Positions 48,961 to 58,762 are shown, counted from the first letter of the stretch. The stretch: 64,000 nucleotides of DNA from Chloroflexota bacterium (GCA_002721445.1 PBKN01000012.1:8362-72361), one strand, 5' to 3'. Numbers and translations: made by a program. The notes: generated by a model from the sequence alone, not told the origin.

Positions 48961-49527
48961 TCAATCTTCTGAATTAAGTATCTTACGTAATTTAATACTA
49001 GAATCTCTAGTACTTTTATTTTTTGCCACTGGAATATAATTACTATTTTTAACTTTTAAGCAAACAAATATAGGCCCTTCTTTTTTCATGATATTTGGTA
49101 ATTCAATAGAAAAATTTTCAAGGTCATCAAATGAATAACTTTCTTTAATTCCTGAACTACGTGCTATTCCAGCAAAATCAACCTTGCCTGCTCCAGGTAT
49201 TGGTTGTCCTCCAGTAGTAAAATATACTCCATCTTCAAAAACAAAATGAATTAAATTTTTTGGAGACTGATCAGCAATGGTTACAACCGATCCTAAATTT
49301 GTCAACAAGCCTCCATCACCGTCTAAAATAATGACTTTATCATTAGGTTTAGCTAAAGCAATTCCTAAGGCTACTGATGAAGCTTTTCCCATTGCTCCAT
49401 AAATAGGCAAATCTAAATTTTCTGAATTAGATACATCTTGCCAATACCTAGTTGGAGTCATAGTACTCACAACAATTGCATCATTCCGTTCTCTAGATAT
49501 TATATTTATTGCTTCATTTGCATCCAT
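48961..49527 (-). CDS. Thiamine-diphosphate-binding (PP-domain only) protein, sulfopyruvate/phosphonopyruvate decarboxylase beta-subunit-like
   Basis: 188 aa. TPP motif ILDGDGGLLTNLGS. The size and layout match ComE-type beta subunits. No PYR-domain partner is adjacent. Confidence 0.7.
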   Translation of the reverse strand: MDANEAINIISRERNDAIVVSTMTPTRYWQDVSNSENLDLPIYGAMGKASSVALGIALAKPNDKVIILDGDGGLLTNLGSVVTIADQSPKNLIHFVFEDGVYFTTGGQPIPGAGKVDFAGIARSSGIKESYSFDDLENFSIELPNIMKKEGPIFVCLKVKNSNYIPVAKNKSTRDSSIKLRKILNSED

Positions 49528-49567
49528 AATTTCACCTACTTAATAATTTCAAAATAAAATTCGCTAC

Positions 49568-50161
49568 TTATGATTTATAAGTCATATAATCTGGTAATCT
49601 ATCAATTAAATTTAATGCTAATAAAGTACGCTGCACAATAAAATCAGTAACTTCATCAACTGTTTTAAATTTTAAATAAAAAGGAGGTTCAACTGGAATT
49701 ATTTTTATTCCTAATTTAGATAATTTAGTCATATTCTCTAAATGGATAGTATTTAATGGACTCTCTCTAGGGACTATTACAAGCGGACGATCTTCTTTTA
49801 TAGAAACATCTGCAGCTCTTTTGACTAAATCTCCAGTAATACCTTGAGATATACTAGCAATAGTATTCATACTACACGGAACTATAGCCATGCCAAGAGT
49901 TTTAAAAGATCCACTAGCTATAGAAGCACTTAAATCATTCCCTGAAAAATATTGAAATCCTTTATACTCACTCCATTTCTCTAAAATTTCTCCAAAAGAT
50001 TCATCCATTTCTTGCTTCCAAACTAGTCTAGCGGAAGAAGTATTAGTAACAATTACTTTATAGTCATTTTCTAATAAATATTGTACCGTTTTATATCCCA
50101 ATGATGATCCACTAGCACCTGTAATACCTATTACAACTGGATCTTCATATTTCAAAACCAT
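49568..50161 (-). CDS. ubiX: Flavin prenyltransferase UbiX
   Basis: 197 aa. IGITGASG and VPCSMNTIASIS motifs. Confidence 0.9.
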   Translation of the reverse strand: MVLKYEDPVVIGITGASGSSLGYKTVQYLLENDYKVIVTNTSSARLVWKQEMDESFGEILEKWSEYKGFQYFSGNDLSASIASGSFKTLGMAIVPCSMNTIASISQGITGDLVKRAADVSIKEDRPLVIVPRESPLNTIHLENMTKLSKLGIKIIPVEPPFYLKFKTVDEVTDFIVQRTLLALNLIDRLPDYMTYKS

Positions 50162-50194
50162 TTTTCAAACTCCAAATATTAATATATATATATC

Positions 50195-51058
50195 CTATAA
50201 CAAAATGCCTATAGCTGTACAACTAAATATTGTAATTGAAAAAAAAGAATTAAATTTAAAAAAAGCAATTTTTGAATTATTAATACCATTTATTACAATA
50301 ATATAATGTTTATAAAATAATATAAAAAATCCTAATATACATCCAATAAAATAAACTATCGATAATTCTGAGTATATACCTAGAATAATAAATAATATTA
50401 TTGAACTAATATCTAATATTCTGCAAATTAGTAAAGATTTCTTAATTCCAAAACGTCTTGCAATAGAGTGCAATCCATATTTTGAATGGAATTCAATATC
50501 TCCCATATGATAAATAATATCAAAGCTAGAAGCCCAAAAGAATATAGATAATGATAATAGCAATGGCTCAACATCTAAATTACCAGTAACTGCAATCCAA
50601 GAAGCTGATGGAGCGATTGATAAGGCACCTCCAAGTAAAAAACTTGACATCCAAGTATATCTTTTTGAATATGAATATAAAAAAACATATGCAGCTGCAA
50701 ATGGAGATAATATTAAAGTTGTTTTATTTATTTGTGAAGATATAAATAAAAATAAAATTAATGAAATAATAATTATAAAAATCATGTTATTAGTAGATAA
50801 TTTACCTAGAGGTAAATGTCTGTTTTGTTTACTAGGTATTAATTTATCAATATCTTTATCAATTAAACGGTTAGATGACATCCCAAAAGTTCTAACGCAA
50901 ATCATTGCTAAGGTAATCAAAAAGAATATATTTAAATCAGGTAAGCCTTTACTAGCCATCATCATACCCATATAAGCAAATGGTAATGCAAATATAGATT
51001 CTTGAATTTTTATTGCCTCGAATAAATATACTATTTTTGCAAAGTTAAAAACTTTCAA
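50195..51058 (-). CDS. ubiA: UbiA-family aromatic prenyltransferase
   Basis: 287 aa, multi-TM. NRLIDKDID (NxxxDxxxD) motif and a second Asp-rich region. Confidence 0.85.
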   Translation of the reverse strand: MKVFNFAKIVYLFEAIKIQESIFALPFAYMGMMMASKGLPDLNIFFLITLAMICVRTFGMSSNRLIDKDIDKLIPSKQNRHLPLGKLSTNNMIFIIIISLILFLFISSQINKTTLILSPFAAAYVFLYSYSKRYTWMSSFLLGGALSIAPSASWIAVTGNLDVEPLLLSLSIFFWASSFDIIYHMGDIEFHSKYGLHSIARRFGIKKSLLICRILDISSIILFIILGIYSELSIVYFIGCILGFFILFYKHYIIVINGINNSKIAFFKFNSFFSITIFSCTAIGILL

Positions 51059-51060
51059 TA

Positions 51061-52515
51061 CTATATCCTATAACTATGCCATTTTTGAGTAACAAGATTT
51101 TTTATATCCTGTTCCATAATAATCTCATCAGGCCATTCTTTCGTTCTTCCATCTTTTTTACCTTTTGTAGTTGCATCTAAACCAATTTTGCTTCCATATT
51201 TAGGAGTAGTGGTAGCATGATCTAAATCATCTGCGGGACCTTCTACTATTACCAAGTCAGTCGAAGGATTAATATTTGTGGAAACTCTCCATGCAACTTC
51301 AGACATGTCATGAACATTTACATAGCTATCAAGCACTATTATAGTCTTAGATAACATTAATAATCCAAGTCCCCATAATGCATACATGACTTTTCTAGCA
51401 TGGCCTGGGTAGGCTTTTTTAATAGAAACAATTAATATATTATGAAACGCTCCTTCAGCAGGCATATTGATGTCTACAATTTCAGGCAATGTCATTTGTA
51501 AAGCAGGAAACAATACCTTTGTTGAAGCAGACCCCATATAGTAATCCTCACTAGGAGGCCTGCCAACAATAGTTGTTAAATAAATTGGATTTTTCCTATG
51601 AGTAATTGCAGTCAAATGAAATACAGGATACTCATCTGCAGGAGAGTAATATCCTGTGTGATCTCCAAAAGGCCCTTCATTTCTAAGTTCTCCTGGAATA
51701 ACATATCCTTCTAATACATATTCAGAATAAGCAGGAACTTCTAAGTCAACAGTCTTACATTTAACCATACTGACAGATTTCCCACGTAATATACCTGATA
51801 CAACTATTTCGTCCATATTTGGAGGTATAGGTAATGACCCGGACCAAACAGTAGTCGGGTCTCCTCCTATAGAAATAGCTACTTCAATTTTTTTTATTTC
51901 ATTTTCTTCAGCTTGACGGTAATGTTGAGAACCTACTTTATGAGTTTGCCAATGCATACCTGAGGTTTTAGAATCAAAAATTTGCATTCTATATGTCCCA
52001 ACATTTCTACGTCCAGTCACAACATCTTTAGTAATTACTAATGGCAGAGTAATATATTTGCCAGCATCTAATGGCCAACATTTTAATGCGGGTAAAATAC
52101 TGAAATCAGCATCAGAGTCCAAATACACCACTTCCTGGCAAGGTGCTTGACTTATAATATTAGGTTTAGTTCTGGCTATACCAAATAAATTTTTCAAAAG
52201 ATTTATTTTATTCATCAAACCTTCTGGCGGACCTTCAACAAGATTTAATAAACCTCGGACTCTATCAGTAATTTCATTTATATTATTAACACCTAATGCC
52301 CATGCCATTCTCTGATGAGATCCAAAAATATTAATTAGTATAGGAACATCATAGCCTTCTACATTTTCAAATAATAATGCTGGTCCTTTATCTTTAACTA
52401 CTCTATCTACAATTTCAGTTATTTCAAGTTCTGGAGATACCTTTTCTGATATTCTACGTAGATCACCTTTATGATCAAGAAAATCAATAAATTGCCTTAT
52501 GTCATCAAATCTCAT
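51061..52515 (-). CDS. ubiD: UbiD-family (prFMN-dependent) decarboxylase
   Basis: 484 aa. Typical UbiD length and motifs (RNVGTYRMQ, GGDP, EGPFGDHTGYY). Confidence 0.9.
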   Translation of the reverse strand: MRFDDIRQFIDFLDHKGDLRRISEKVSPELEITEIVDRVVKDKGPALLFENVEGYDVPILINIFGSHQRMAWALGVNNINEITDRVRGLLNLVEGPPEGLMNKINLLKNLFGIARTKPNIISQAPCQEVVYLDSDADFSILPALKCWPLDAGKYITLPLVITKDVVTGRRNVGTYRMQIFDSKTSGMHWQTHKVGSQHYRQAEENEIKKIEVAISIGGDPTTVWSGSLPIPPNMDEIVVSGILRGKSVSMVKCKTVDLEVPAYSEYVLEGYVIPGELRNEGPFGDHTGYYSPADEYPVFHLTAITHRKNPIYLTTIVGRPPSEDYYMGSASTKVLFPALQMTLPEIVDINMPAEGAFHNILIVSIKKAYPGHARKVMYALWGLGLLMLSKTIIVLDSYVNVHDMSEVAWRVSTNINPSTDLVIVEGPADDLDHATTTPKYGSKIGLDATTKGKKDGRTKEWPDEIIMEQDIKNLVTQKWHSYRI

Positions 52516-52548
52516 ATTAACTAACCTTACCTTATAAATAGATATATA

Positions 52549-53679
52549 TTATTTTAAATTATTTTCTCTGATTTCAGAAGAAGTAATATCTTCACGAAAT
52601 TCAGATTCACTTATTGGGAAAAAAATATCTTTATAATAATTGTCAATCTTTATATCCTTCAAAGTAATAAATCGACCTTGATATTTACGACCTGCAACAT
52701 AAAATTTACAACCATTATTATAAATTTCCATAATTGATTTATGCATTAATCTTTCATTATTTTCATAGTATTTTTTATCAAATAATCTCATAGCAGTATC
52801 TATGCCAATTATAAAATTAGTTTCTTTAAATAACTCTGACTTCATATGAAATTTACTTGAATTAGTTATTAAAAGAGGATAATTATTTTTAAATTGTGAA
52901 ACTCTTAAATTTAGATCTTTTTCTAATAAATTAGATTTATCTACATTAGGAATAGATATCTCAAAGCATACATCACTACTAAATAAGGTTTTTGAAAATT
53001 TATAAAGTTCTATATGGCCTTTATGTAAAGGATTAAATGATCCGGATATTATAGCACTAGGTTTCAAAAAATTATTAATAATTTCACCATTTATATCTAT
53101 TAATATGCTTTTAAGATGATTATTACTCAAAGATTCAAAGTAACTACCGTACTCTTTTTTGTTTATATTAATATCTTTTGACTCTAAGCTTTGTCTATTA
53201 TTATAAAAATCATTTATTGCTTTAATAACACAATTACTAATTATGTTCTCATAATAATTCCTGCTTAAAGATTGATTTTGAAAATTAATTTCATATTTGA
53301 TTAATCCCATTGAATGGTATATTGCGATATAGCTCTTAATCTCACCTTTTTTATTATAATATGTTGGCAATGTTGCGGTTATACTAACGCCTAATATATT
53401 ACTATTATCATTAAATTTTAATTTTAAAGCACGATCATAAGCTTTTTTAGCCATTAATTCTGCAGTTTCAGGACTTACATATTTTTCAGGCTTTAAACCT
53501 AAAAAATCATCTAATGAATTATTCGAATAAGGAATTATTATTTCTAATACTGTCTTTGAAGACCCAGGTATTGACAATATTCTATCAATTGCCCTACCTC
53601 CTGCTCCTGCAAAAACCAAAACAAATTCAATATTAGAATCATGCAGATTTTTAACATCATTTAATATATCCTCTTCCAT
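52549..53679 (-). CDS. Fusion protein: CinA-C/PncC-like domain + NadD-like nucleotidyltransferase domain
   Basis: 376 aa. N-terminal half: FAGAGG...IPGSS...IPYSNNSL...VSPETAELMA...LGVSITATLP parallels E. coli PncC block by block. C-terminal half: SGSFNPLHKGHIEL ((T/H)xGH motif) and ITSSEIR (ISSTxIR-like). Confidence 0.6.
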   Translation of the reverse strand: MEEDILNDVKNLHDSNIEFVLVFAGAGGRAIDRILSIPGSSKTVLEIIIPYSNNSLDDFLGLKPEKYVSPETAELMAKKAYDRALKLKFNDNSNILGVSITATLPTYYNKKGEIKSYIAIYHSMGLIKYEINFQNQSLSRNYYENIISNCVIKAINDFYNNRQSLESKDININKKEYGSYFESLSNNHLKSILIDINGEIINNFLKPSAIISGSFNPLHKGHIELYKFSKTLFSSDVCFEISIPNVDKSNLLEKDLNLRVSQFKNNYPLLITNSSKFHMKSELFKETNFIIGIDTAMRLFDKKYYENNERLMHKSIMEIYNNGCKFYVAGRKYQGRFITLKDIKIDNYYKDIFFPISESEFREDITSSEIRENNLK

Positions 53680-53701
53680 GAATTAATTTTCTTTCTGAAA
53701 T

Positions 53702-54619
53702 TTATTTTTTAATACTTCTTACTACTTCTAAAATACCTTGATCTAATAAGGTTTTCGGTTCCCATCTTAATATTTCATTTGCTTTTTTTATACTTAAGCT
53801 TACTCTCTCAGCTTCACCTTTTCTAATATTAGCAAAACTTGGCTCCACATCAATTCCAATACTATTACGCACACTAGAAAATATTTCAAAATCTGAAATT
53901 TCTTTTCCTGAAGCCAAATTAAATGTTTGATTATCGCCAGCCACATCCAATACATTTAAATTTGCCATTACTATATCATTGACAAATACATAGTCCCTAG
54001 TCTTATTTCCATCACCGTAAATTACTGGCCGAATACCATTTAACATTTGTCCTGTAAATATTGATACTACTCCAGCTTCACCAAGTGGATTTTGACGAGG
54101 CCCAAATACATTACCGTAGCGAAAAATTGTATATTTAAGATGGCTTGATTTCGAAAAAAATCTAATATAATTTTCAGCAGTGTATTTACTCAATCCATAT
54201 ATAGACTTAGGATCTATAGGATGCTCTTCATCCATAGGTAAATAAGAAGGTTCTGAATATACTGCACAAGTAGAAGAAAAAACTATTTTTTTTACTTTAT
54301 AAGTTAAACATAAATTTAATATATTTAATGTGCCAATAACATTTGTAGAAACATCATTAGTAGGACTTTCTTCTGACAAACGTACACTAGTCTGCGCAGC
54401 ATGATGACTAACTAAATCTGGTTTTTCAAATTCAAATATTGATTTAAGTTTAAAAGAATCTAATATGTCAACTTCATAGAAATTAGCAGCTTTATTTACA
54501 TTATAAATGTCTCCAGTAGATAAATTATCAAGAACACTTACCTTATGACCAGCGCTAATTAATGCATCAACTAAATGTGAAGCAATAAATCCTGCTCCAC
54601 CTGTAATTAATATTTTCAT
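53702..54619 (-). CDS. NAD-dependent epimerase/dehydratase (GalE-like SDR)
   Basis: 305 aa. TGGAGFIASHL Rossmann motif and catalytic YGLSK (YxxxK). Confidence 0.85.
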   Translation of the reverse strand: MKILITGGAGFIASHLVDALISAGHKVSVLDNLSTGDIYNVNKAANFYEVDILDSFKLKSIFEFEKPDLVSHHAAQTSVRLSEESPTNDVSTNVIGTLNILNLCLTYKVKKIVFSSTCAVYSEPSYLPMDEEHPIDPKSIYGLSKYTAENYIRFFSKSSHLKYTIFRYGNVFGPRQNPLGEAGVVSIFTGQMLNGIRPVIYGDGNKTRDYVFVNDIVMANLNVLDVAGDNQTFNLASGKEISDFEIFSSVRNSIGIDVEPSFANIRKGEAERVSLSIKKANEILRWEPKTLLDQGILEVVRSIKK

Positions 54620-54636
54620 GATTACTCCACTTGCAA

Positions 54637-55164
54637 TTATACAAGATTAATTAATCTTGTAGATAAAATAGACTTTATAAATAGCATAATAACCATACTC
54701 ATTAAAATAAATAAAACTGAAAACCAGCTCCATTCATTTTGTAAACATATACCTAATATCGTCCCTGCTGCAGGAGGATGTTCGGTATCTGTAATTACCA
54801 TTATAAAAATTGTTAATACGACTAATACCGCTACCAAAATGTCCCTAAATAAAGTAGATGATTCATATAAACCGTTTAACCCCACAAATGTAAGAACCAT
54901 CATAAATAAACCTCCTGTAATTATTGCAATAGTATGTCCTCCAATTACTCTTCGCACATTAGAAACAGTAGACTTTGGCATTACAAATATAGTGAAAGCA
55001 GATGATGCAACAGCTATAACAATTGGTGCTCTTAAAACTACATCACCTAATAACAATAATATAATAAAAATTGGTATACAGATCCCGATTTGAAAAATAT
55101 ACCTTAACGGATTCAATAAGAATTTATCATCAAAAACGTTGCTATTCAGATTAAATTTCTTCAA
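54637..55164 (-). CDS. HPP family membrane protein
   Basis: 175 aa, 4-5 TM helices, with the eponymous TEHPPAAGT motif. Confidence 0.75.
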   Translation of the reverse strand: MKKFNLNSNVFDDKFLLNPLRYIFQIGICIPIFIILLLLGDVVLRAPIVIAVASSAFTIFVMPKSTVSNVRRVIGGHTIAIITGGLFMMVLTFVGLNGLYESSTLFRDILVAVLVVLTIFIMVITDTEHPPAAGTILGICLQNEWSWFSVLFILMSMVIMLFIKSILSTRLINLV

Positions 55165-55279
55165 ATATACACCTTTTAATAGAGTTCACTAATTACTATT
55201 TTGCTATATTATATATAAATGATACATATATATATATATTTTTTAAACCTATTATAAAATCTATATATCCGAGTAAAAA

Positions 55280-56719
55280 ATGAGTACAGAGTGGAAACCT
55301 AAACCCGGCGATAAAGTAATACGTCATCCTAGAGAAGAACAAATTAGGCCTATCAGCCTAAAACTATCTTCTCGAAAAGTAAATTCCAGAGTATTCGCAT
55401 CTCCACTTTTATTAATATACCTGTTTGCTTCATTAATATTTTCCGGTACCATATTATTAATGCTACCTATTTCTAATGCAAATTCAGAAATCACGCCTTT
55501 TATTGATGCATTATACACTGCGACTTCTGCTGTTACAGTTACAGGCCTAATATTACATAATACAGGACAATATTGGAGCACATTTGGACAAGCAGTAATA
55601 CTATTCATGATATTTACTGGTGGCTTAGGTTTTATGAGTTTAGCAACTTTTTTGTTGGTCCTAGTAGGTCAAAAAGTTACTCTTTCCCAAAAATTATTAG
55701 TTAGAGAAAGTATTACCTCAGATAATTCTTTACAAATAGGAGGATTAGTTCAAATCACTATCAGAATAGTTATATTAGCAGTATTTATACAATTTATTGG
55801 ATTTCTATTCTTATTATTAAAATATTCTCTAGATTATTCTCTTCAAGAAGCATCATGGCTGGCTATTTTTCATTCAGTTTCAGGCTTTAATAACGCTGGA
55901 TTTATATTGTTTTCAGAAACTGATATAAATTCATACTTAAAAAATGATTATTATTTTACATGGGTAATTAATGTATTAAGTATATTAGGTTCTATAGGGT
56001 TTTGGGTAATAGTTGATGTAATAAAAAATAAAAATTTTCAGCCTCTACAACTAACTTCGAAAATAGTAATTCTGTCTACATTTATTGTTATATTTATGAG
56101 TGGAATATTTTTCTTTTCTTCCGAATACAATAATGAAAAAACCATTGGAGATATGAATATCCCTGATAAAATCCATCATTCACTATTTGAATCTATAAGT
56201 GGAAGAACTGCTGGTTTTTCTACTATTGATTTTAATGAAACTAATTCTGCCACTAAATTTTTCTTCAGTGGAATGATGATAATTGGAGGCGCTTCAGGAT
56301 CAACAGCAAGTGGATTAAAGATTAATACTGTAGCTATTATAATTATTGCAGTAATATGCACACTAAAAGGTCAAAACAGGATTACTTCCTTCAAGCGTGA
56401 AATTTCTATTCAATTAGTAAAAAAAGCAATAGTAATTTGTGTACCAAGTATATTAATTCTTTTTACATTAATGATTATTTTAATGATATTCGAACCAAAT
56501 TTTTTATTTATTAACACTTTTTTTGAAGTACATTCAGCATTTGCAAATGTTGGACTTACAACAGGAATCAGTGGAAAAATATCTCCACTTGGAGATATAA
56601 TTATAATAATATCAATGTTTTTGGGTCGTATTGTACCACTAGCCATTGCATTTCTTATTACAATTCAAAATGAATATGAAACATTTAGATATCCTAATGA
56701 AAGAATAACAATTGGATAA
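55280..56719 (+). CDS. trkH: TrkH/KtrB-family K+ uptake membrane subunit
   Basis: 479 aa, multi-TM, with repeated selectivity-filter-like segments (TVTGL, NAGF, RTAGFST, NVGLT). Confidence 0.88.
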   Translation: MSTEWKPKPGDKVIRHPREEQIRPISLKLSSRKVNSRVFASPLLLIYLFASLIFSGTILLMLPISNANSEITPFIDALYTATSAVTVTGLILHNTGQYWSTFGQAVILFMIFTGGLGFMSLATFLLVLVGQKVTLSQKLLVRESITSDNSLQIGGLVQITIRIVILAVFIQFIGFLFLLLKYSLDYSLQEASWLAIFHSVSGFNNAGFILFSETDINSYLKNDYYFTWVINVLSILGSIGFWVIVDVIKNKNFQPLQLTSKIVILSTFIVIFMSGIFFFSSEYNNEKTIGDMNIPDKIHHSLFESISGRTAGFSTIDFNETNSATKFFFSGMMIIGGASGSTASGLKINTVAIIIIAVICTLKGQNRITSFKREISIQLVKKAIVICVPSILILFTLMIILMIFEPNFLFINTFFEVHSAFANVGLTTGISGKISPLGDIIIIISMFLGRIVPLAIAFLITIQNEYETFRYPNERITIG

Positions 56720-56749
56720 TTATAAAAACAATTTATTAAAGGTGACAAA

Positions 56750-57415
56750 ATGAAAAAACAAGTATTAGTAATAGGACTTGGAAGATTTGGTTCAAGCGTT
56801 GTTAGATCACTTTATAATACAGGTAATGATGTATTAGCTATTGATATTGAGGGTTCAAGAGTTGCTAATATTATGACCCAAGCTACCCATGCACTCACTG
56901 CTGATGCAACGAATGAAACCGTTTTAAAAGATTTAGGAGTTCAAGATTATGATGCAGCTATAGTTGCAATCGGCTCCAATATTGTACCTAGTATAATGGC
57001 ATCAGTTTTACTAAAAACAATGGGTGTCCCATACATAGTTGCAAGAGCATCTAATGAATTACATGGAAACACTCTAGAAAGAATTGGAGTTGATAAAATA
57101 ATTCATGCAGAAAATGAAATGGGAGTTAGGTTAGGCCATAATTTATTTAATCCTAATGTACAAGAATATTTGGAAGTAACTCCAAGTTACGGAATCAGTA
57201 AAATGAAAATACCTACAAATTTTATAGATAAAACTCTAAAGGAATTAGGTTTTTCAAATCCTAGGGACAAATACGGACTAGCAGTTATTGCTATACGTAG
57301 AAGCGATACAGACATAACATTAAACCCAGATATAAATGACCGTTTACAAGCTGGCGATTGGTTGATTTTTGCTGGAAAAGATGAGTTAATTGATCAGATT
57401 GAAATCGCTGATTGA
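56750..57415 (+). CDS. trkA: TrkA/KtrA RCK regulatory subunit (N + C domains)
   Basis: 221 aa. VIGLGRFGSSV Rossmann motif and a C-terminal TrkA-C pattern (LQAGDWLIFAG). Confidence 0.88.
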   Translation: MKKQVLVIGLGRFGSSVVRSLYNTGNDVLAIDIEGSRVANIMTQATHALTADATNETVLKDLGVQDYDAAIVAIGSNIVPSIMASVLLKTMGVPYIVARASNELHGNTLERIGVDKIIHAENEMGVRLGHNLFNPNVQEYLEVTPSYGISKMKIPTNFIDKTLKELGFSNPRDKYGLAVIAIRRSDTDITLNPDINDRLQAGDWLIFAGKDELIDQIEIAD

Positions 57416-57452
57416 TTAAACTAAAATTTATAATTAAGTATCAGGTGCTAAT

Positions 57453-57872
57453 ATTTCTCCTTTATTAATTTACGTACAAGGAAACGAATTCGACAAAGAG
57501 CTCTTAGATATAGCTTTTAATAACTTGAACCCAAATGAAGATGTTATTCATTTAATATATGTTATTGAAATGGATCGAACCTTACCAATTGACTCAGAAA
57601 TACCTCCACTTACAGCTAAGGGCGAAAATACTTTGAAAAACCTTGAATTCCTTGCAAAAAGATTAAAATTTAATGTTGAAGGTCATTTAGTGCAATCTAG
57701 AGATATTGGCTCTGCAATAATTCAAGAATCATTCGAAAAAAATATAAATACAATAATTATAGAATTACAAAAAAATGAAATAAATGATTACTACCCTTTA
57801 AACAAAATGGCTGAATATTTGTTAATAAATTCAAAATGCCAGGTAATACTAGTTAAACCAAGATCCGCTTAA
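57453..57872 (+). CDS. Universal stress protein (USP)-like protein
   Basis: The track ORF starts at TTG 57525, but the frame is open from 57438 and encodes ISPLLIYVQGNEFDKELLDIA, the USP first beta-strand/helix pattern. ATT 57453 lies 5 nt after GGTG. This gives 139 aa, the typical USP size. Confidence 0.55.
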   Translation: MSPLLIYVQGNEFDKELLDIAFNNLNPNEDVIHLIYVIEMDRTLPIDSEIPPLTAKGENTLKNLEFLAKRLKFNVEGHLVQSRDIGSAIIQESFEKNINTIIIELQKNEINDYYPLNKMAEYLLINSKCQVILVKPRSA

Positions 57873-57898
57873 AATATATAAGTTAGGAATAGATTAAT

Positions 57899-58333
57899 AT
57901 GTCACAAATCAACATGATGTCTAAGGTCTCTATTATAGGCTGTGGTAATTCTGGATCTAAAATTGCAATTAATTTCGCTAATATTGGTTATCAAATAGAC
58001 ATAATAGACATAAATTACAAAAACCTTATGAAACTACCTCAAAATTTAATTTCAGAAGGTTATTTAAATCCTATGGTAGGAAATGCAATGAATATATTAG
58101 AACTCAAAAACCTAATTGACCCAGATTGTAATACTTGTATAATATTAACAGGTAATGATTCTACTAATGCTTTAATTTCTCAAATCTTCAAAAATGAATT
58201 TAATATATCTAAGATTATATGTAAAATTAATGACCAAATAACTAATGAACTATATTCAAATTTAGGATTTATTACTATAAACCAAAATGACTTATTCAAT
58301 AAAAAACTATTAGATCTATTTGAGAGCAATTAA
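57899..58333 (+). CDS. TrkA-N (RCK N-domain only) protein
   Basis: 144 aa. IIGCGNSGSKIA dinucleotide-binding motif followed by ..IDIID and a TrkA-N pattern. No TrkA-C domain. Confidence 0.65.
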   Translation: MSQINMMSKVSIIGCGNSGSKIAINFANIGYQIDIIDINYKNLMKLPQNLISEGYLNPMVGNAMNILELKNLIDPDCNTCIILTGNDSTNALISQIFKNEFNISKIICKINDQITNELYSNLGFITINQNDLFNKKLLDLFESN

Positions 58334-58762
58334 ATGTACGTTATTATTTTAGGTGCAGGTAAAATTGGATATTCTATAGCAGAAATATTAATTAGTAATC
58401 AACACGAAGTAGCAGTAATTGATTCTAACAAATCTAAATGTGAATATATTGATAATACATTAGGCAGTATTAGTGTATTAGGAGATCAATCTTTATCAAA
58501 TTCATTATTAAAAGCAGGAATAACGAGAGCAGATTTATTTATTGCTACTACAAAAAATGATTCTGAAAATATGCTATCATGTCAATTAGCTAAAGATTAT
58601 TATAATGCCAAATTTACTTTAAGTATTACCCATTCAAAAGAAATAAGCCGTTTGTTGGAAACGATAAATATAAACTATACTATAAATGTTAATCAACACA
58701 TAACAAACGAATTAATATCAAAAATAAAATTACTGGGAATTAATATAAATACAAAAAACTAA
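58334..58762 (+). CDS. TrkA-N (RCK N-domain only) protein
   Basis: 142 aa. ILGAGKIGYSIAEIL, VAVID, GD......L..AGI..ADLFIATT..D..N pattern. The ATG directly abuts the previous stop. Confidence 0.7.
   Translation: MYVIILGAGKIGYSIAEILISNQHEVAVIDSNKSKCEYIDNTLGSISVLGDQSLSNSLLKAGITRADLFIATTKNDSENMLSCQLAKDYYNAKFTLSITHSKEISRLLETININYTINVNQHITNELISKIKLLGININTKN

Noticed and set aside
55324-56646. Three minus-strand ORFs (94, 61 and 78 aa) inside trkH
   Set aside because: They are antisense shadows of a membrane-protein gene. Hydrophobic antisense ORFs are expected there.
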